Origin: Nitrospinales bacterium
Lineage (GTDB): Bacteria; Nitrospinota; Nitrospinia; Nitrospinales; VA-1
Direction of reading: 5' to 3'
DNA: 64,000 bases
NCBI GenBank assembly: GCA_965223795.1
Contig: CBDCXL010000002.1
Span: 3,072,001 to 3,136,000, forward strand
The translations under genes and the position numbers were made by a program. Every line of letters begins with the position of its first letter. The stretch's first letter is position 1. Positions 39,878-49,660 of this stretch are shown here, piece by piece. The notes under the pieces are model-generated. The model worked only from the letters and a program-made list of their open reading frames with translations. It had not been told where the DNA came from and ran no database searches.

Positions 39878-40318
39878 ATGAATAACCGATATGCGCGGGC
39901 ACGGGTTCTGTTTACCATTGCAGCCCTGCTCGTACTGGGATGGGGTGCCGCTTCCGATGCCGCGGTGCAGCGGGGGCCTTTCAAGAATCGTCCCGTTAAA
40001 GTGTATTTTGTGGAAAGCGCCGATCTTAAAGCGTTGAAAGAGGCGTTCGTCAGCATCAACCTGCATCTGCGGGAAGAAGGCCGGTCGGGCAAAATCGATT
40101 ACAAAGTGGTGATCCACGGACCCACCGTCCGCTGCTTTGTGGCCGAAGGCATCGACCCGGAACTCTTGTACATGGTGCAGTGGTTTCAGGAAGAGGGCAT
40201 CGGGATCGCGTTGTGCGCGGAATGCGCCGAACAATACGGCGTCGCTCCCGGCTCGGTGCTTCCGGGGGTGATGTTGTATACTCCCAGGACAGCCGTGAGG
40301 CCGTCGGCGGCGCATTGA
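39878..40318 (+). CDS. Exported DsrE/DsrF-like protein
   Basis: KVVIHGPTV, GIGIALCAECA; GGGAGG RBS. Confidence 0.65.
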   Translation: MNNRYARARVLFTIAALLVLGWGAASDAAVQRGPFKNRPVKVYFVESADLKALKEAFVSINLHLREEGRSGKIDYKVVIHGPTVRCFVAEGIDPELLYMVQWFQEEGIGIALCAECAEQYGVAPGSVLPGVMLYTPRTAVRPSAAH

Positions 40319-40414
40319 CGTTTTTGCGCGAAACCGGCGTCCGGGCTTGAAAACGGAATTCACGTCCCGGCTCGCCGGTTTGTTCGGTTTGTAATTTTGC
40401 AGAGGATTTCAACT

Positions 40415-41287
40415 ATGAAATCGAAATGGATTCCGGCACTGGCATCTCTCACCGGTGCGATGCTGTTTTTTGCGTTGACCGTGTTCGCGGAAGACTTCAA
40501 AGTCAAAAAACCGCCTGCGTCCCTCGATTCATTGTACCGGGATAAGGGCGTGGAGTCGAAATGGATTGAGCAGATGCGCCGCATCTCGGGCGCGTTCGAC
40601 GGCGTGCGGGTGGCGGCGGAACAGAAGGACTGGACCGGGGCCGAAGCGAACGCCGGTGCGTTTTTGAAGCATTATCGCAAAGCCGCCGAGTGGGTTCCCG
40701 AATGGAAGGATTATTTCGATTTTGAAGCGGGCGAACGGTTCGTGGAAGCGGTGAAAACCCGTGAAGCGGCGCGGGTCGGGGAAGCGGCGAAAAAAGTCGC
40801 GGCGAGCTGCGACCGCTGCCACCTCGACAACAGCCTCGCGGTCTGGGTGCGCTACACCTGGCCGGAAACGCGGCGCATCCGGATCACCGATCCCGTCGAA
40901 GATGCGGAGATGGAGTACCACGACTACATGCGGGTCCTGTCGAAGTCGTTGCGGGGGATCACCTACAATTTTGAAAAGGGCGACCACAGCCGTGCCTGGA
41001 AGCACGTCTTTCAATTCAAGAAACGCCTGGTGGAGCTGCGCTCGGTGTGCTCGAAATGCCACGTTTCAGAATGGACCAAGAACGGCGGTTCGGTGAAACA
41101 GTTTTTCGTGGGTGATGCCGTTGTCGACGCGGTGGACCGCGTCAGCAAACTGTTCGCCACCGGCGAACCGGACCCGCAAAAATTCTGGAAAGAGATCGGC
41201 GGCATCAAGCGGCACTCCTGCCGGATGTGCCACCTGATCCACCAGCCGGCGGTGCACATCCGCAAAGCCTGGAAAAAAGAGCCGTGA
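40415..41287 (+). CDS. Exported triheme cytochrome c
   Basis: Signal peptide; CDRCH, CSKCH, CRMCH. Confidence 0.85.
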   Translation: MKSKWIPALASLTGAMLFFALTVFAEDFKVKKPPASLDSLYRDKGVESKWIEQMRRISGAFDGVRVAAEQKDWTGAEANAGAFLKHYRKAAEWVPEWKDYFDFEAGERFVEAVKTREAARVGEAAKKVAASCDRCHLDNSLAVWVRYTWPETRRIRITDPVEDAEMEYHDYMRVLSKSLRGITYNFEKGDHSRAWKHVFQFKKRLVELRSVCSKCHVSEWTKNGGSVKQFFVGDAVVDAVDRVSKLFATGEPDPQKFWKEIGGIKRHSCRMCHLIHQPAVHIRKAWKKEP

Positions 41288-41299
41288 GCGTTTGCCGCT

Positions 41300-42367
41300 T
41301 CAGTTTCCTCCGTGTTCGGTGAATCCCGGCTGGGAGCTAAATTCCGCTGAATAGCGGGTGGAGCCGGTGTCCGGAATCACCATGCCTTCGACTTCGGCAA
41401 GGCTATCGATCCAGGCGATGCCTTTCTCCGCGCCCATCACGAACAGCGCCGTCGCGATCGCGTCGGCGTCCATCACCGATCGCGCCCGCACGGTGGCCGA
41501 GACGACCCCCCGCACCGGCATTCCGCTTTCTGGATTGAGGATGTGGTGGTAACGCGTGCCGTCCTGGATGAAATAACGCTGGTAGTCGCCGGAGGTGGCG
41601 ACCGCGCCGCCGCTCAGGGAGAACGAGGCGATCATGCGCTCGGGTTTTCTCGGATGCTGCAGCCCGATGGTCCAGGACTTGTCCGTTGCGCGTCTGCCGA
41701 GGGCGATCAGATCGCCGCCGGCGTTGATCAGGGCGTGATCGATGCCTTCCTGCTGCAAGACGGCGGCCGCCCGGTCCACGGCGTATCCCTTGGCCACCGC
41801 GCCCAGATGCAGCGCCATGCCCGAACGGGCGAGCCTGACTTTTCCCCCTTCGATCTCGACATGCTTGAGTCCCGTGGCTGCGAGGGCCTGCTTTATGTCC
41901 GCATCGCCGGGAGGCGCGGGTTCCGGCGCGTCGAAATGCCAGAGCGCCACAACCGGTCCGAGCGTGATGTCGAGCGCGCCCTTTGATTGTTCCCCCCAGT
42001 GAAGCGCGCGTTTGAGGACGGTGAGCGTTTCCTTTGAAACCGCCGTGAATTCGCCGCCCGCGGCGGCGTTGATGCGGGAAAGCTCCGAATCGGGTTTGTG
42101 CGTGCTCATCAACCCTTCCAATCGCGATATTTCATCGAACGCACGGCCGATCGCCTTTTGCGAGCGTTGCGCATCTTCTCCGCGCACGGTGATTTCCACC
42201 AGGGTGCCCATGATGAACTGGCTGCGCCGGGTCAGATCATTGCCGCCGGGGCCGCAGGCCGAAAGGCATGTGGTCAGGAAAAGCAGCAGGGCCGCGGTGG
42301 AGGAGACGGGAACACGCAGGCTGAATGCAGCGTTGTGATTCGCAAGTTTGCTGTTTGGTGCGTTCAC
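41300..42367 (-). CDS. apbE: FAD:protein FMN transferase ApbE
   Basis: Lipobox LSAC, MGT, LGAVAKGYAVD, NAGGD, ATSGDYQR, YHHILNP. Confidence 0.92.
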   Translation of the reverse strand: MNAPNSKLANHNAAFSLRVPVSSTAALLLFLTTCLSACGPGGNDLTRRSQFIMGTLVEITVRGEDAQRSQKAIGRAFDEISRLEGLMSTHKPDSELSRINAAAGGEFTAVSKETLTVLKRALHWGEQSKGALDITLGPVVALWHFDAPEPAPPGDADIKQALAATGLKHVEIEGGKVRLARSGMALHLGAVAKGYAVDRAAAVLQQEGIDHALINAGGDLIALGRRATDKSWTIGLQHPRKPERMIASFSLSGGAVATSGDYQRYFIQDGTRYHHILNPESGMPVRGVVSATVRARSVMDADAIATALFVMGAEKGIAWIDSLAEVEGMVIPDTGSTRYSAEFSSQPGFTEHGGN

Positions 42368-42792
42368 TCGTCCGCCTTGATGCGGCCGTCCTCGGTGAAC
42401 GACCAGAAAGGATTCCAGGACACTTCCCAGGGGTGGCCGTCCGGATCGGCGAAGGTCCCCGAGTAGCCGCCCCATTCGGTTTTTTCACCGCTTTTCAGCA
42501 GGGTGGCGTCGGCGCGTTCGGCTTCCCTGAGGATTTTGTCCACGTCGCCGCGCTCTCTGACGTGGAAGGAAAGCACGATGCCGCCGAATCCGGTGAGCTG
42601 GTTGTGCAGATTGTTCTCGCGCGCCAGTTTGTCCCAGGGAATCAGGGCGAAGACCGTGCCGCCGGCGTGGAAAAAGATGAAATCCTTTTTGCTCTCTGGC
42701 GAGGCCTTCCAGCCCAGCCCTTCTTCATAAAACCGGCGGGCCCGTTCCAGATCCGCGACGCCCAGGGTCACCCTGTGGATTCTCTGCTCCAT
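42364..42792 (-). CDS. VOC/glyoxalase family protein
   Basis: VTLGVADLERARRFY, WGGYSGTFADPDGHPWEV. Confidence 0.9.
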   Translation of the reverse strand: MEQRIHRVTLGVADLERARRFYEEGLGWKASPESKKDFIFFHAGGTVFALIPWDKLARENNLHNQLTGFGGIVLSFHVRERGDVDKILREAERADATLLKSGEKTEWGGYSGTFADPDGHPWEVSWNPFWSFTEDGRIKADE

Positions 42793-42820
42793 GTCGTCCT
42801 TTGCGGCACGCTGCCCGCGC

Positions 42821-44575
42821 TCAACGGTCGAAGCCGGAGACCAGCACTTCGCGGTTGTAGGTGGCGACCACGTCGCCCCGGTTGATCATGCCGATGACCT
42901 TTTTCGAATCGCCGGATTTCACCACCGGAAGCTGCTCCACGTCCAGCTTGGCGAACAGCTCCATGGCCTCGTTGAGGTTGTTGTCGGGCAACAGGGTCAT
43001 GACTTTCTTGGTGGACAGTTCGCTGGCGATGACCAGATCCTCCAGCCCTTCTTCGAAGATCATCTCGCGGATGTCGTTGAAGGAGAGAACGCTGGTCATG
43101 TCGCCTTCACGGTTGATGACGGGAAAGTAAAAATTCTTGGAGTAGGAGATGGTCTCCAGAATTTTGCGGAACGGCATTTCCTCGGAGATGGTGGTCACCT
43201 CCGTGCGCATCACGTCCTTCACCTTGATGCGGTTGAGGATGGAGGTTTCCCGCCCGTGCTCGATGTTGATGCCGTTGTTCAGCAGGTACTGCATGTAGAT
43301 CGAATGCTTGCCGAACGCCCGGTAGGTGTAGGCCGACACGATGCCGGTGACCATGATCGGCAGGATCAGGGTGTAATCGTTGGTCAGCTCGAACAGCATG
43401 ATGATGTTGGTGAGCGGCGCCTGCATGACGGCGCCGGCCACCGCGCCCATGCCCACCACCGCGTAGGTCGCGGCGGAGGCGGTCCAGTCCGGGAACAGCG
43501 TGTGGACGCCGGTGCCGAAGGCGGTGCCCACCATCGCGCCGATGAACAGCGACGGGGCGAAGATGCCTCCCAGCCCGCCGGAACCCAGCGTGACGGAGGT
43601 GGAGAGCATTTTCATGAACACCAGTATCAGCGCCAGCCCCCAGAACATCTCGCCGGTCAGCGCCTTTTCCATGGCCCCGTAACCGTTCCCCAGAATCTCC
43701 GGCAGGAAAATGGAAACCATCCCCACCAGAAATCCGCCCAGCGCCGGTCTGGCGATCGGGGAAACTTTGACTTTCTTCTCGAAGATGTGCCGGGTGCGGA
43801 AATAGATCACCACGAACAGCCGCGCCGCGAGGCCGCACAGCACGCCCAGGATGAGGTAAAAGACGATCTCGTTGTAGCTCACCAGCCGGTGATACGGCAC
43901 CTGAAATGTGATCTCGTTGCCTTCCAGCGCCCGGCCGGTCACGGTGCCGATGACGGACGCGATGATGATGGGGCTGAAGGTGTGGATGGTGAAATCGCCG
44001 AGGATGATCTCCAGCGCGAACAGGACCCCGGCGAGAGGCGCGTTGAAGGAGGCGGCGATGCCCGCGGCGGCGCCGCAGCCGACCAGCACCTGAATCCGCT
44101 CCGAGGACATGCGGAACAGGGAACCGATCGCCGAGCCCACGGCGGAGCCGATCTGCACGGTGGGGCCTTCCCTCCCGGCGGAGCCGCCGGAGCCGATGGT
44201 GATGGCCGAGGTGGTGGCGCAGCTCACGATGGTGCGCTTGCGGATCTTGCCGCCGTTCAAGGCCACCGCCTGCATCACGTTGTGGACGCCGTTTTCCTTG
44301 ACGGCGTTGGGGAAAAAATGGCAGATCCAGCCGATCAGCCAGCCCCCCAGCATGGGCATGAAGGGCAGGAGAAACGGGTACAGAATCGGTGAAATCCCAA
44401 TCAGGGAAAAGCCTTTGACGGAGAACAGGGTTTCCACGAAATGGATCATCCAGCGGAACACGGTCGAGGCGAAACCGGCCAGAAACCCGATCAGGGCGGC
44501 CAGCAGCAGCAGGTTGTGGTCCTTGGTCAGAAAATCCCGGACCAAGCCTCGAATATGCTCGATTTTTAATTGCAT
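42821..44575 (-). CDS. ClC chloride channel/antiporter with CBS pair
   Basis: GREGP, FNAPLAG, GGIFAP, C-terminal CBS domains. Confidence 0.92.
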   Translation of the reverse strand: MQLKIEHIRGLVRDFLTKDHNLLLLAALIGFLAGFASTVFRWMIHFVETLFSVKGFSLIGISPILYPFLLPFMPMLGGWLIGWICHFFPNAVKENGVHNVMQAVALNGGKIRKRTIVSCATTSAITIGSGGSAGREGPTVQIGSAVGSAIGSLFRMSSERIQVLVGCGAAAGIAASFNAPLAGVLFALEIILGDFTIHTFSPIIIASVIGTVTGRALEGNEITFQVPYHRLVSYNEIVFYLILGVLCGLAARLFVVIYFRTRHIFEKKVKVSPIARPALGGFLVGMVSIFLPEILGNGYGAMEKALTGEMFWGLALILVFMKMLSTSVTLGSGGLGGIFAPSLFIGAMVGTAFGTGVHTLFPDWTASAATYAVVGMGAVAGAVMQAPLTNIIMLFELTNDYTLILPIMVTGIVSAYTYRAFGKHSIYMQYLLNNGINIEHGRETSILNRIKVKDVMRTEVTTISEEMPFRKILETISYSKNFYFPVINREGDMTSVLSFNDIREMIFEEGLEDLVIASELSTKKVMTLLPDNNLNEAMELFAKLDVEQLPVVKSGDSKKVIGMINRGDVVATYNREVLVSGFDR

Positions 44576-44784
44576 AGGGTTGATTTTAAAGGGTCAACTC
44601 GATTATTCCATTATAAAGAATGTGGCGCGGGATGACCAGCCGGAGTGGTGGAGCCGCTGCGGCGCAAGCGGTCCAAAGCCTTCGGAATCCTTATAATTGC
44701 TTACCATAATTCAACGCCGTTGTGTTATTCTCAACGGCGATTTTGCGGCGGTTGTGGTGCTGAACGACCCATGAGGAGCCTGAA

Positions 44785-45432
44785 ATGGTAAAAATTGCCC
44801 CTTCGATCCTGTCCGCGGATTTCAGCAGGCTGGGCGATGAAATCAAGGCGGTGGAGCAGGCAGGCGCGGACTGGATCCATGTGGACGTGATGGACGGGCA
44901 TTTCGTTCCCAATATCACGATCGGTCCCGGCGTGGTGGCGGACATCCGCAAGGTGACCGGACTGCCTCTGGACGTGCATCTGATGATCGAGGATCCGGAC
45001 CGGTATATCAAGGATTTCGCCGAAGCGGGGGCGGATATTCTCACGGTTCACGTGGAGGCCTGTCCGCATTTGCACAGGACGCTGCATTATATCAAAGAAC
45101 AGCAGGTGCGCGCCGGGGTGGTGCTGAACCCCGCGACCCCGCTTTCCAGCCTCGAAGAAGTGCTGCACGACATCGACATGGTGCTTCTGATGTCGGTCAA
45201 CCCGGGATTCGGCGGCCAGGAGTTCATCCCTTCGCTGCTGGACAAGACCCTCAACCTCAAAGAGATCATGGAGCACTACGATCACGAGTTCGACCTTGAG
45301 GTCGACGGCGGCATCAAGGCCGACAACGCGGCGGACATCAAGCAGGCGGGGGCCAACGTGCTGGTGGCGGGTTCGGCCATCTTCGAAAGCAAGAACTACG
45401 AGGACGCCATTCAGAAGCTGCGCGATGCCTGA
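44785..45432 (+). CDS. rpe: Ribulose-phosphate 3-epimerase
   Basis: [37 protein letters not shown]. Confidence 0.98.
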   Translation: MVKIAPSILSADFSRLGDEIKAVEQAGADWIHVDVMDGHFVPNITIGPGVVADIRKVTGLPLDVHLMIEDPDRYIKDFAEAGADILTVHVEACPHLHRTLHYIKEQQVRAGVVLNPATPLSSLEEVLHDIDMVLLMSVNPGFGGQEFIPSLLDKTLNLKEIMEHYDHEFDLEVDGGIKADNAADIKQAGANVLVAGSAIFESKNYEDAIQKLRDA

Positions 45433-45712
45433 AACGCGGGGGACTTTGTTTTTCCCTTCGTTTTGAGCAACGGGCTTGGTCACGGGACACCGCGGATTGA
45501 AATTGGGCGGGCGTTTCCGTTCCCCATGCCTATAAATTTTTCGCCGCATCGGGCCGCCCGGCCGCTGCCCGGAAACGGGGTTATTTCCCTTGTATTCTCC
45601 GGTGCAATCACGCTACACTGTCCCCACTTTAAAAAATTTCTTTTTTAACAGATAATTAGAGGGATGCATTTCCTTTTAGAGATAATCTGAATTTTTTCGG
45701 AGGGTTTGGGCC

Positions 45713-46093
45713 ATGATGGGAATCGGATTTCCGGAACTGATGATCATTCTGATCATCATCATGATCATCTTCGGCGCGGGAAAGTTGCCGGAGATCGGCA
45801 GCGCTTTCGGACGCAGCATCAAGAATTTCAAATCGTCCATGAAGGAAGCGGAAGCGGAGGATGAAGAGGCCAACAAGGAAGGCGACCCCGCGGCGATCGA
45901 GCAGGGAACCGGTCCTTCCGAGGAAGACGACGCCAATCTGAGCGATGAAGAAAAAGAAGCGCTGGCCCGCAAGAAAGCTCAGGAAGAGGGCGAGGCCAAG
46001 GACCGCGCCATGAAGGAAACCGCCGATGCGTTCACGTCCTCTCTGCCGAGGAAGGGTTCCTACGATTACTCCAAGGACCAGGAAAAAAGCTGA
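45713..46093 (+). CDS. tatA: Twin-arginine translocase TatA/E subunit with long charged tail
   Basis: GIGFPEL...IFGAGKLPEIGSAFGRSIKNFK. Confidence 0.9.
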   Translation: MMGIGFPELMIILIIIMIIFGAGKLPEIGSAFGRSIKNFKSSMKEAEAEDEEANKEGDPAAIEQGTGPSEEDDANLSDEEKEALARKKAQEEGEAKDRAMKETADAFTSSLPRKGSYDYSKDQEKS

Positions 46094-46195
46094 ACCTGCC
46101 GTCAACAATTCCGGTTGAGGCCCTCGCCGGCCAGTCCGGCAGGCGTTGCGGAAGCGGGGAGCGTGTGTGGACCCTGCGGCCGGAAGCCGGATCTC

Positions 46196-46507
46196 TCAAT
46201 ACGACCAGGGTTCTTTCAGGTTGTCCACCGTCCACACCGTCCAGCCATCCACATCTTTGTACACCCCGCTTGTGTAGAAGTTGAACGGATCGAAAAACCG
46301 CACTCCCTTTTCCGCATCCATCTCGAAGCTCACTTTATCCTTCTGCATGTCGTTGCTTTTGCATTCCAGATATTTTTCTCCGTCCATTTCAGAAAGCGCG
46401 AAAATTTCCTGGTACTTTTCCTGATCGTCCGATTCGGTTTCGACCAGAATTTTTACTTTTTCCATGATCTGTTCCACTTTTTCCTTGGACAGGTGGTGCA
46501 TTTTCAT
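46196..46507 (-). CDS. Hypothetical protein
   Basis: Acidic ORF of about 100 aa downstream of nuoN; start uncertain. Confidence 0.55.
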   Translation of the reverse strand: MKMHHLSKEKVEQIMEKVKILVETESDDQEKYQEIFALSEMDGEKYLECKSNDMQKDKVSFEMDAEKGVRFFDPFNFYTSGVYKDVDGWTVWTVDNLKEPWSY

Positions 46508-46614
46508 AACTTCACCGACGAGTGCGGGTTGCCGAATGAGAATCCATACATTCAAATTCCGATGGAGAAATTATACCGAAAATACGCGCCGTTGTGGACC
46601 GGAAAGGAAGGGGG

Positions 46615-48057
46615 TCAATTCTGCGCCAGCGAGAGTATCGGGTCCGGAAATATCCCCAGCTCGATGGTGCCGATCACGGACAGGGCGACGACGAACAGGG
46701 TCATGGGGGAGGGGGCGATCTTGAACTCGGCCACGGGTTCCTTCATGTACATATAGACGACGACCTTGAGGTAATAGTAAAAGGAAATGGCGCTGTTCAA
46801 CACGGCGATGATCACCAGATAGAGGTAGCCTTCCTGCAGGGCGGCGTTGAAGATGTAGAATTTTGCGACAAAGCCCGCGAACGGCGGCAGGCCTCCCAGC
46901 GACAGCAGGAAGATGGTCATGGCCAGAGCCAGCACCGGATGCTTGTAGGCGAGGCCGGAGTAATTCTCGATCTCCAGGTTTTCGTTGCCGGAGCGGCCGA
47001 GCATGATGATGATGCCGAAGGTGCCGAACACCATGAAGGCGTAGGCCAGCATGTAGAACAGAAGGCTCGCCAGGCCCAGGGAGTTTTTGGCGATGACGGC
47101 GATCAGGATGTAACCGACGTGCGACACGCTGGAGTAGGCCAGAAGCCGCTTGATGTTGGTCTGCACGATGGCGCCCAGGTTGCCGACGAACATGGTGAGC
47201 ACGGCGACGATGTAGAGCAGGGTTTCCCAGGAATCCGACATCTCCGGCATGGTTTCCGCGAACACGCGGAAGAACGCCGCGAAGGCCGCGGCCTTGGGGC
47301 CCACCGCCATGAACGCCGTCACCGGCGAGGGCGCGCCCTGATAGACGTCCGGCGCCCACATGTGAAAAGGCACCGATGCCACCTTGAAGCCGAAGCCGAT
47401 GACCAGCAGCACCACGCCTAACAGCATGATGGGCTTGGTCTCGACGTCGGTGGTCTTGATCAGCTCCGCGATCTTCGGCAGGTTCGTGGTGCCGGTCGCG
47501 CCGTACATGAGCGCCATGCCGTAGAGCAGAAACCCGGTCGCGAACGCGCCGAGCAGAAAATACTTGAGCGCCGCTTCGTTCGACTTGGTGTCGTTCCTGC
47601 GTATCCCCGCCAGCACGTACAGGCAGATCGAGACGATCTCGATGCCGAGGAAGATCATGATGAAATCGGAGGAGGAGGCCAGAAGGATCATGCCCACGGT
47701 GCAGAACAGCACGAGCGCGTAATATTCCCCCGCCTGGATGCCCTCGCGTTCGTTGAACTCGATGGAGATCAGGATCGCCAGCGCCGAACTCATGGTGAAG
47801 ATGATGATGAAAAAGACGGAAAGGTGATCCACCACGTAGCTGTCGTTGAACGAGTAGACCGGCCATCCGACTTTGGCGAAGGCGCTGACGGCGGTCATCA
47901 ACAGGCCCACCAGGCTGACGAACACCAGGATGGATTTGTTTTTGCCGCCGAACAGGTCGAGTATCAGCACGGCCATGGCGAACACGCTCAGCACCAGCAC
48001 CGGCGCGATGCTGACGAGATCGATGGATTCGGGCATCGGGATCGGGGTCGTGTTCAC
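46615..48057 (-). CDS. nuoN: NADH-quinone oxidoreductase subunit N
   Basis: EAALKYF, FKVASVPFHMWAPDVYQGAP, KRLLAYSS. Confidence 0.95.
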   Translation of the reverse strand: MNTTPIPMPESIDLVSIAPVLVLSVFAMAVLILDLFGGKNKSILVFVSLVGLLMTAVSAFAKVGWPVYSFNDSYVVDHLSVFFIIIFTMSSALAILISIEFNEREGIQAGEYYALVLFCTVGMILLASSSDFIMIFLGIEIVSICLYVLAGIRRNDTKSNEAALKYFLLGAFATGFLLYGMALMYGATGTTNLPKIAELIKTTDVETKPIMLLGVVLLVIGFGFKVASVPFHMWAPDVYQGAPSPVTAFMAVGPKAAAFAAFFRVFAETMPEMSDSWETLLYIVAVLTMFVGNLGAIVQTNIKRLLAYSSVSHVGYILIAVIAKNSLGLASLLFYMLAYAFMVFGTFGIIIMLGRSGNENLEIENYSGLAYKHPVLALAMTIFLLSLGGLPPFAGFVAKFYIFNAALQEGYLYLVIIAVLNSAISFYYYLKVVVYMYMKEPVAEFKIAPSPMTLFVVALSVIGTIELGIFPDPILSLAQN

Positions 48058-48085
48058 GGTCCTGTCCTCTCAATAAAAATCGTCG

Positions 48086-49654
48086 TCATTGCCTGCCTCC
48101 CAGCTCGCGGTTGATCTTGGCGATGTCCCCCTCCTTGATCAGGGCCGCGTGGTGGTCCTTTTGCTGTTTGGGCCGGAAATTGTCCGGCGAGACTTTGGAC
48201 AGTAGGTGCGTCACCGATGCGTCGAAGGTTTTCGTGAACGGTTTGGGATAGAGCCCGATCCAGAACACCAGGACGATGAGCGGAGCCATGGTGATGTGTT
48301 CCCTAAGGTTCATGTCCTTGAGCTTCATGTTCTCCGGATTTTTCAGCTCCTGGAACATCACGCGCTGGAACATCCACAGGATGTAGCAGGCCGCGAAGAT
48401 CACACCGCTGGTGGCGCAGGCGGCCCAGATGCCGTTGACCTGAAAGATACCGAGCAGCACCAGAAATTCGCCGACGAACCCGTTCATGCCGGGAAGCCCG
48501 ATGGAAGACAGCGCGATGATCATGAAACAGATGGCGTACTGCGGCATCTGTTTCGACAGGCCGCCGAATTCGGAAATCTCGCGCGTGTGCCTGCGGTCGT
48601 AAATCATGCCCACCAACAGGAAGAGCGCGCCCGTGCTGATGCCGTGATTGATGTTCTGCAAGAGCGCACCCTGCATGCCGTAATGGTTGAGCGCGAAAAT
48701 ACCCAGCATGACGAAACCGAGATGGCTGACGCTGGAATAGGCGACGAGTTTTTTCAGGTCCTTCTGCACCATGGAAACCAGGGCGCCGTAAATGATGCCG
48801 ATGATGGAAAGCCACGCGATGAAGGGAACGAATTCGTTTGTGGCGTGCGGAAACAGCGGCAGGTTGAAACGGAAAAATCCGTAGGTGCCCATTTTCAAGA
48901 GCACGCCAGCCAGGATCACGCTGCCAGCGGTGGGCGCTTCCACGTGCGCGTCGGGCAGCCAGGTGTGAAATGGAAACATCGGCACCTTGATCGCGAATGC
49001 CAGGAAAAACGCCAGGAAAAGCCATTTCTGGGTCGTGAGCGACACGTCGAGATGGTCGGTGATGTAAAGCAGATCGGTGGTGGCGACGCCGGTCTGTTCT
49101 TTGATGAGAACGTAGATCCAGATGATGGCCACCAGCATCAGCAGCGAACCGACGGCGGTGTAGAGGAAAAACTTGATCGCGGCGTACACCCGGCGCGGGC
49201 CGCCCCACACGCCGATGATGATGTACATCGGAACGAGCTGAAATTCCCAGAACACGTAGAACAGGAAAAAGTCGAGCGCGATGAACACGCCGAGCATGCC
49301 GGTGGAGAGCGCCAGCATGGCCATCATGTACTCGCGGATGTGCTTTTTCACATCCCAGGACGCGATGATGGAGATCAGCGTCAAAAAGGTGGTCATCACG
49401 TACAGCAGCAGCGAGATGCCGTCGATGCCCACGTGGTAGCCGATGCCCCATTCGGTGATCCAGGGAACCGAATACTCGAACTGCATCTCGTGGCTGGTGG
49501 AATCGAAGCTCGCCCACAGTTGCAGCGACAGCAAAAAATCCGCCGCGGCGAAGGCGACGGCCGTCTGCTTGATGGCGTCCACTTTCTCCTTCGGGATGAA
49601 GGCGAGGAGGACGGCGCCGATGAGCGGCAGAAATGTCAAAAATGTAAGAAACAT
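48086..49654 (-). CDS. nuoM: NADH-quinone oxidoreductase subunit M
   Basis: GIDGISL, PFHTWLPDAHVEAPT, KKLVAYSSVSH, GFVGEF. Confidence 0.95.
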   Translation of the reverse strand: MFLTFLTFLPLIGAVLLAFIPKEKVDAIKQTAVAFAAADFLLSLQLWASFDSTSHEMQFEYSVPWITEWGIGYHVGIDGISLLLYVMTTFLTLISIIASWDVKKHIREYMMAMLALSTGMLGVFIALDFFLFYVFWEFQLVPMYIIIGVWGGPRRVYAAIKFFLYTAVGSLLMLVAIIWIYVLIKEQTGVATTDLLYITDHLDVSLTTQKWLFLAFFLAFAIKVPMFPFHTWLPDAHVEAPTAGSVILAGVLLKMGTYGFFRFNLPLFPHATNEFVPFIAWLSIIGIIYGALVSMVQKDLKKLVAYSSVSHLGFVMLGIFALNHYGMQGALLQNINHGISTGALFLLVGMIYDRRHTREISEFGGLSKQMPQYAICFMIIALSSIGLPGMNGFVGEFLVLLGIFQVNGIWAACATSGVIFAACYILWMFQRVMFQELKNPENMKLKDMNLREHITMAPLIVLVFWIGLYPKPFTKTFDASVTHLLSKVSPDNFRPKQQKDHHAALIKEGDIAKINRELGGRQ

Positions 49655-49660
49655 GATCTT

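Noticed and set aside
45713..46093. Long acidic TatA tail
   Set aside because: Variable charged tails are normal for TatA/B
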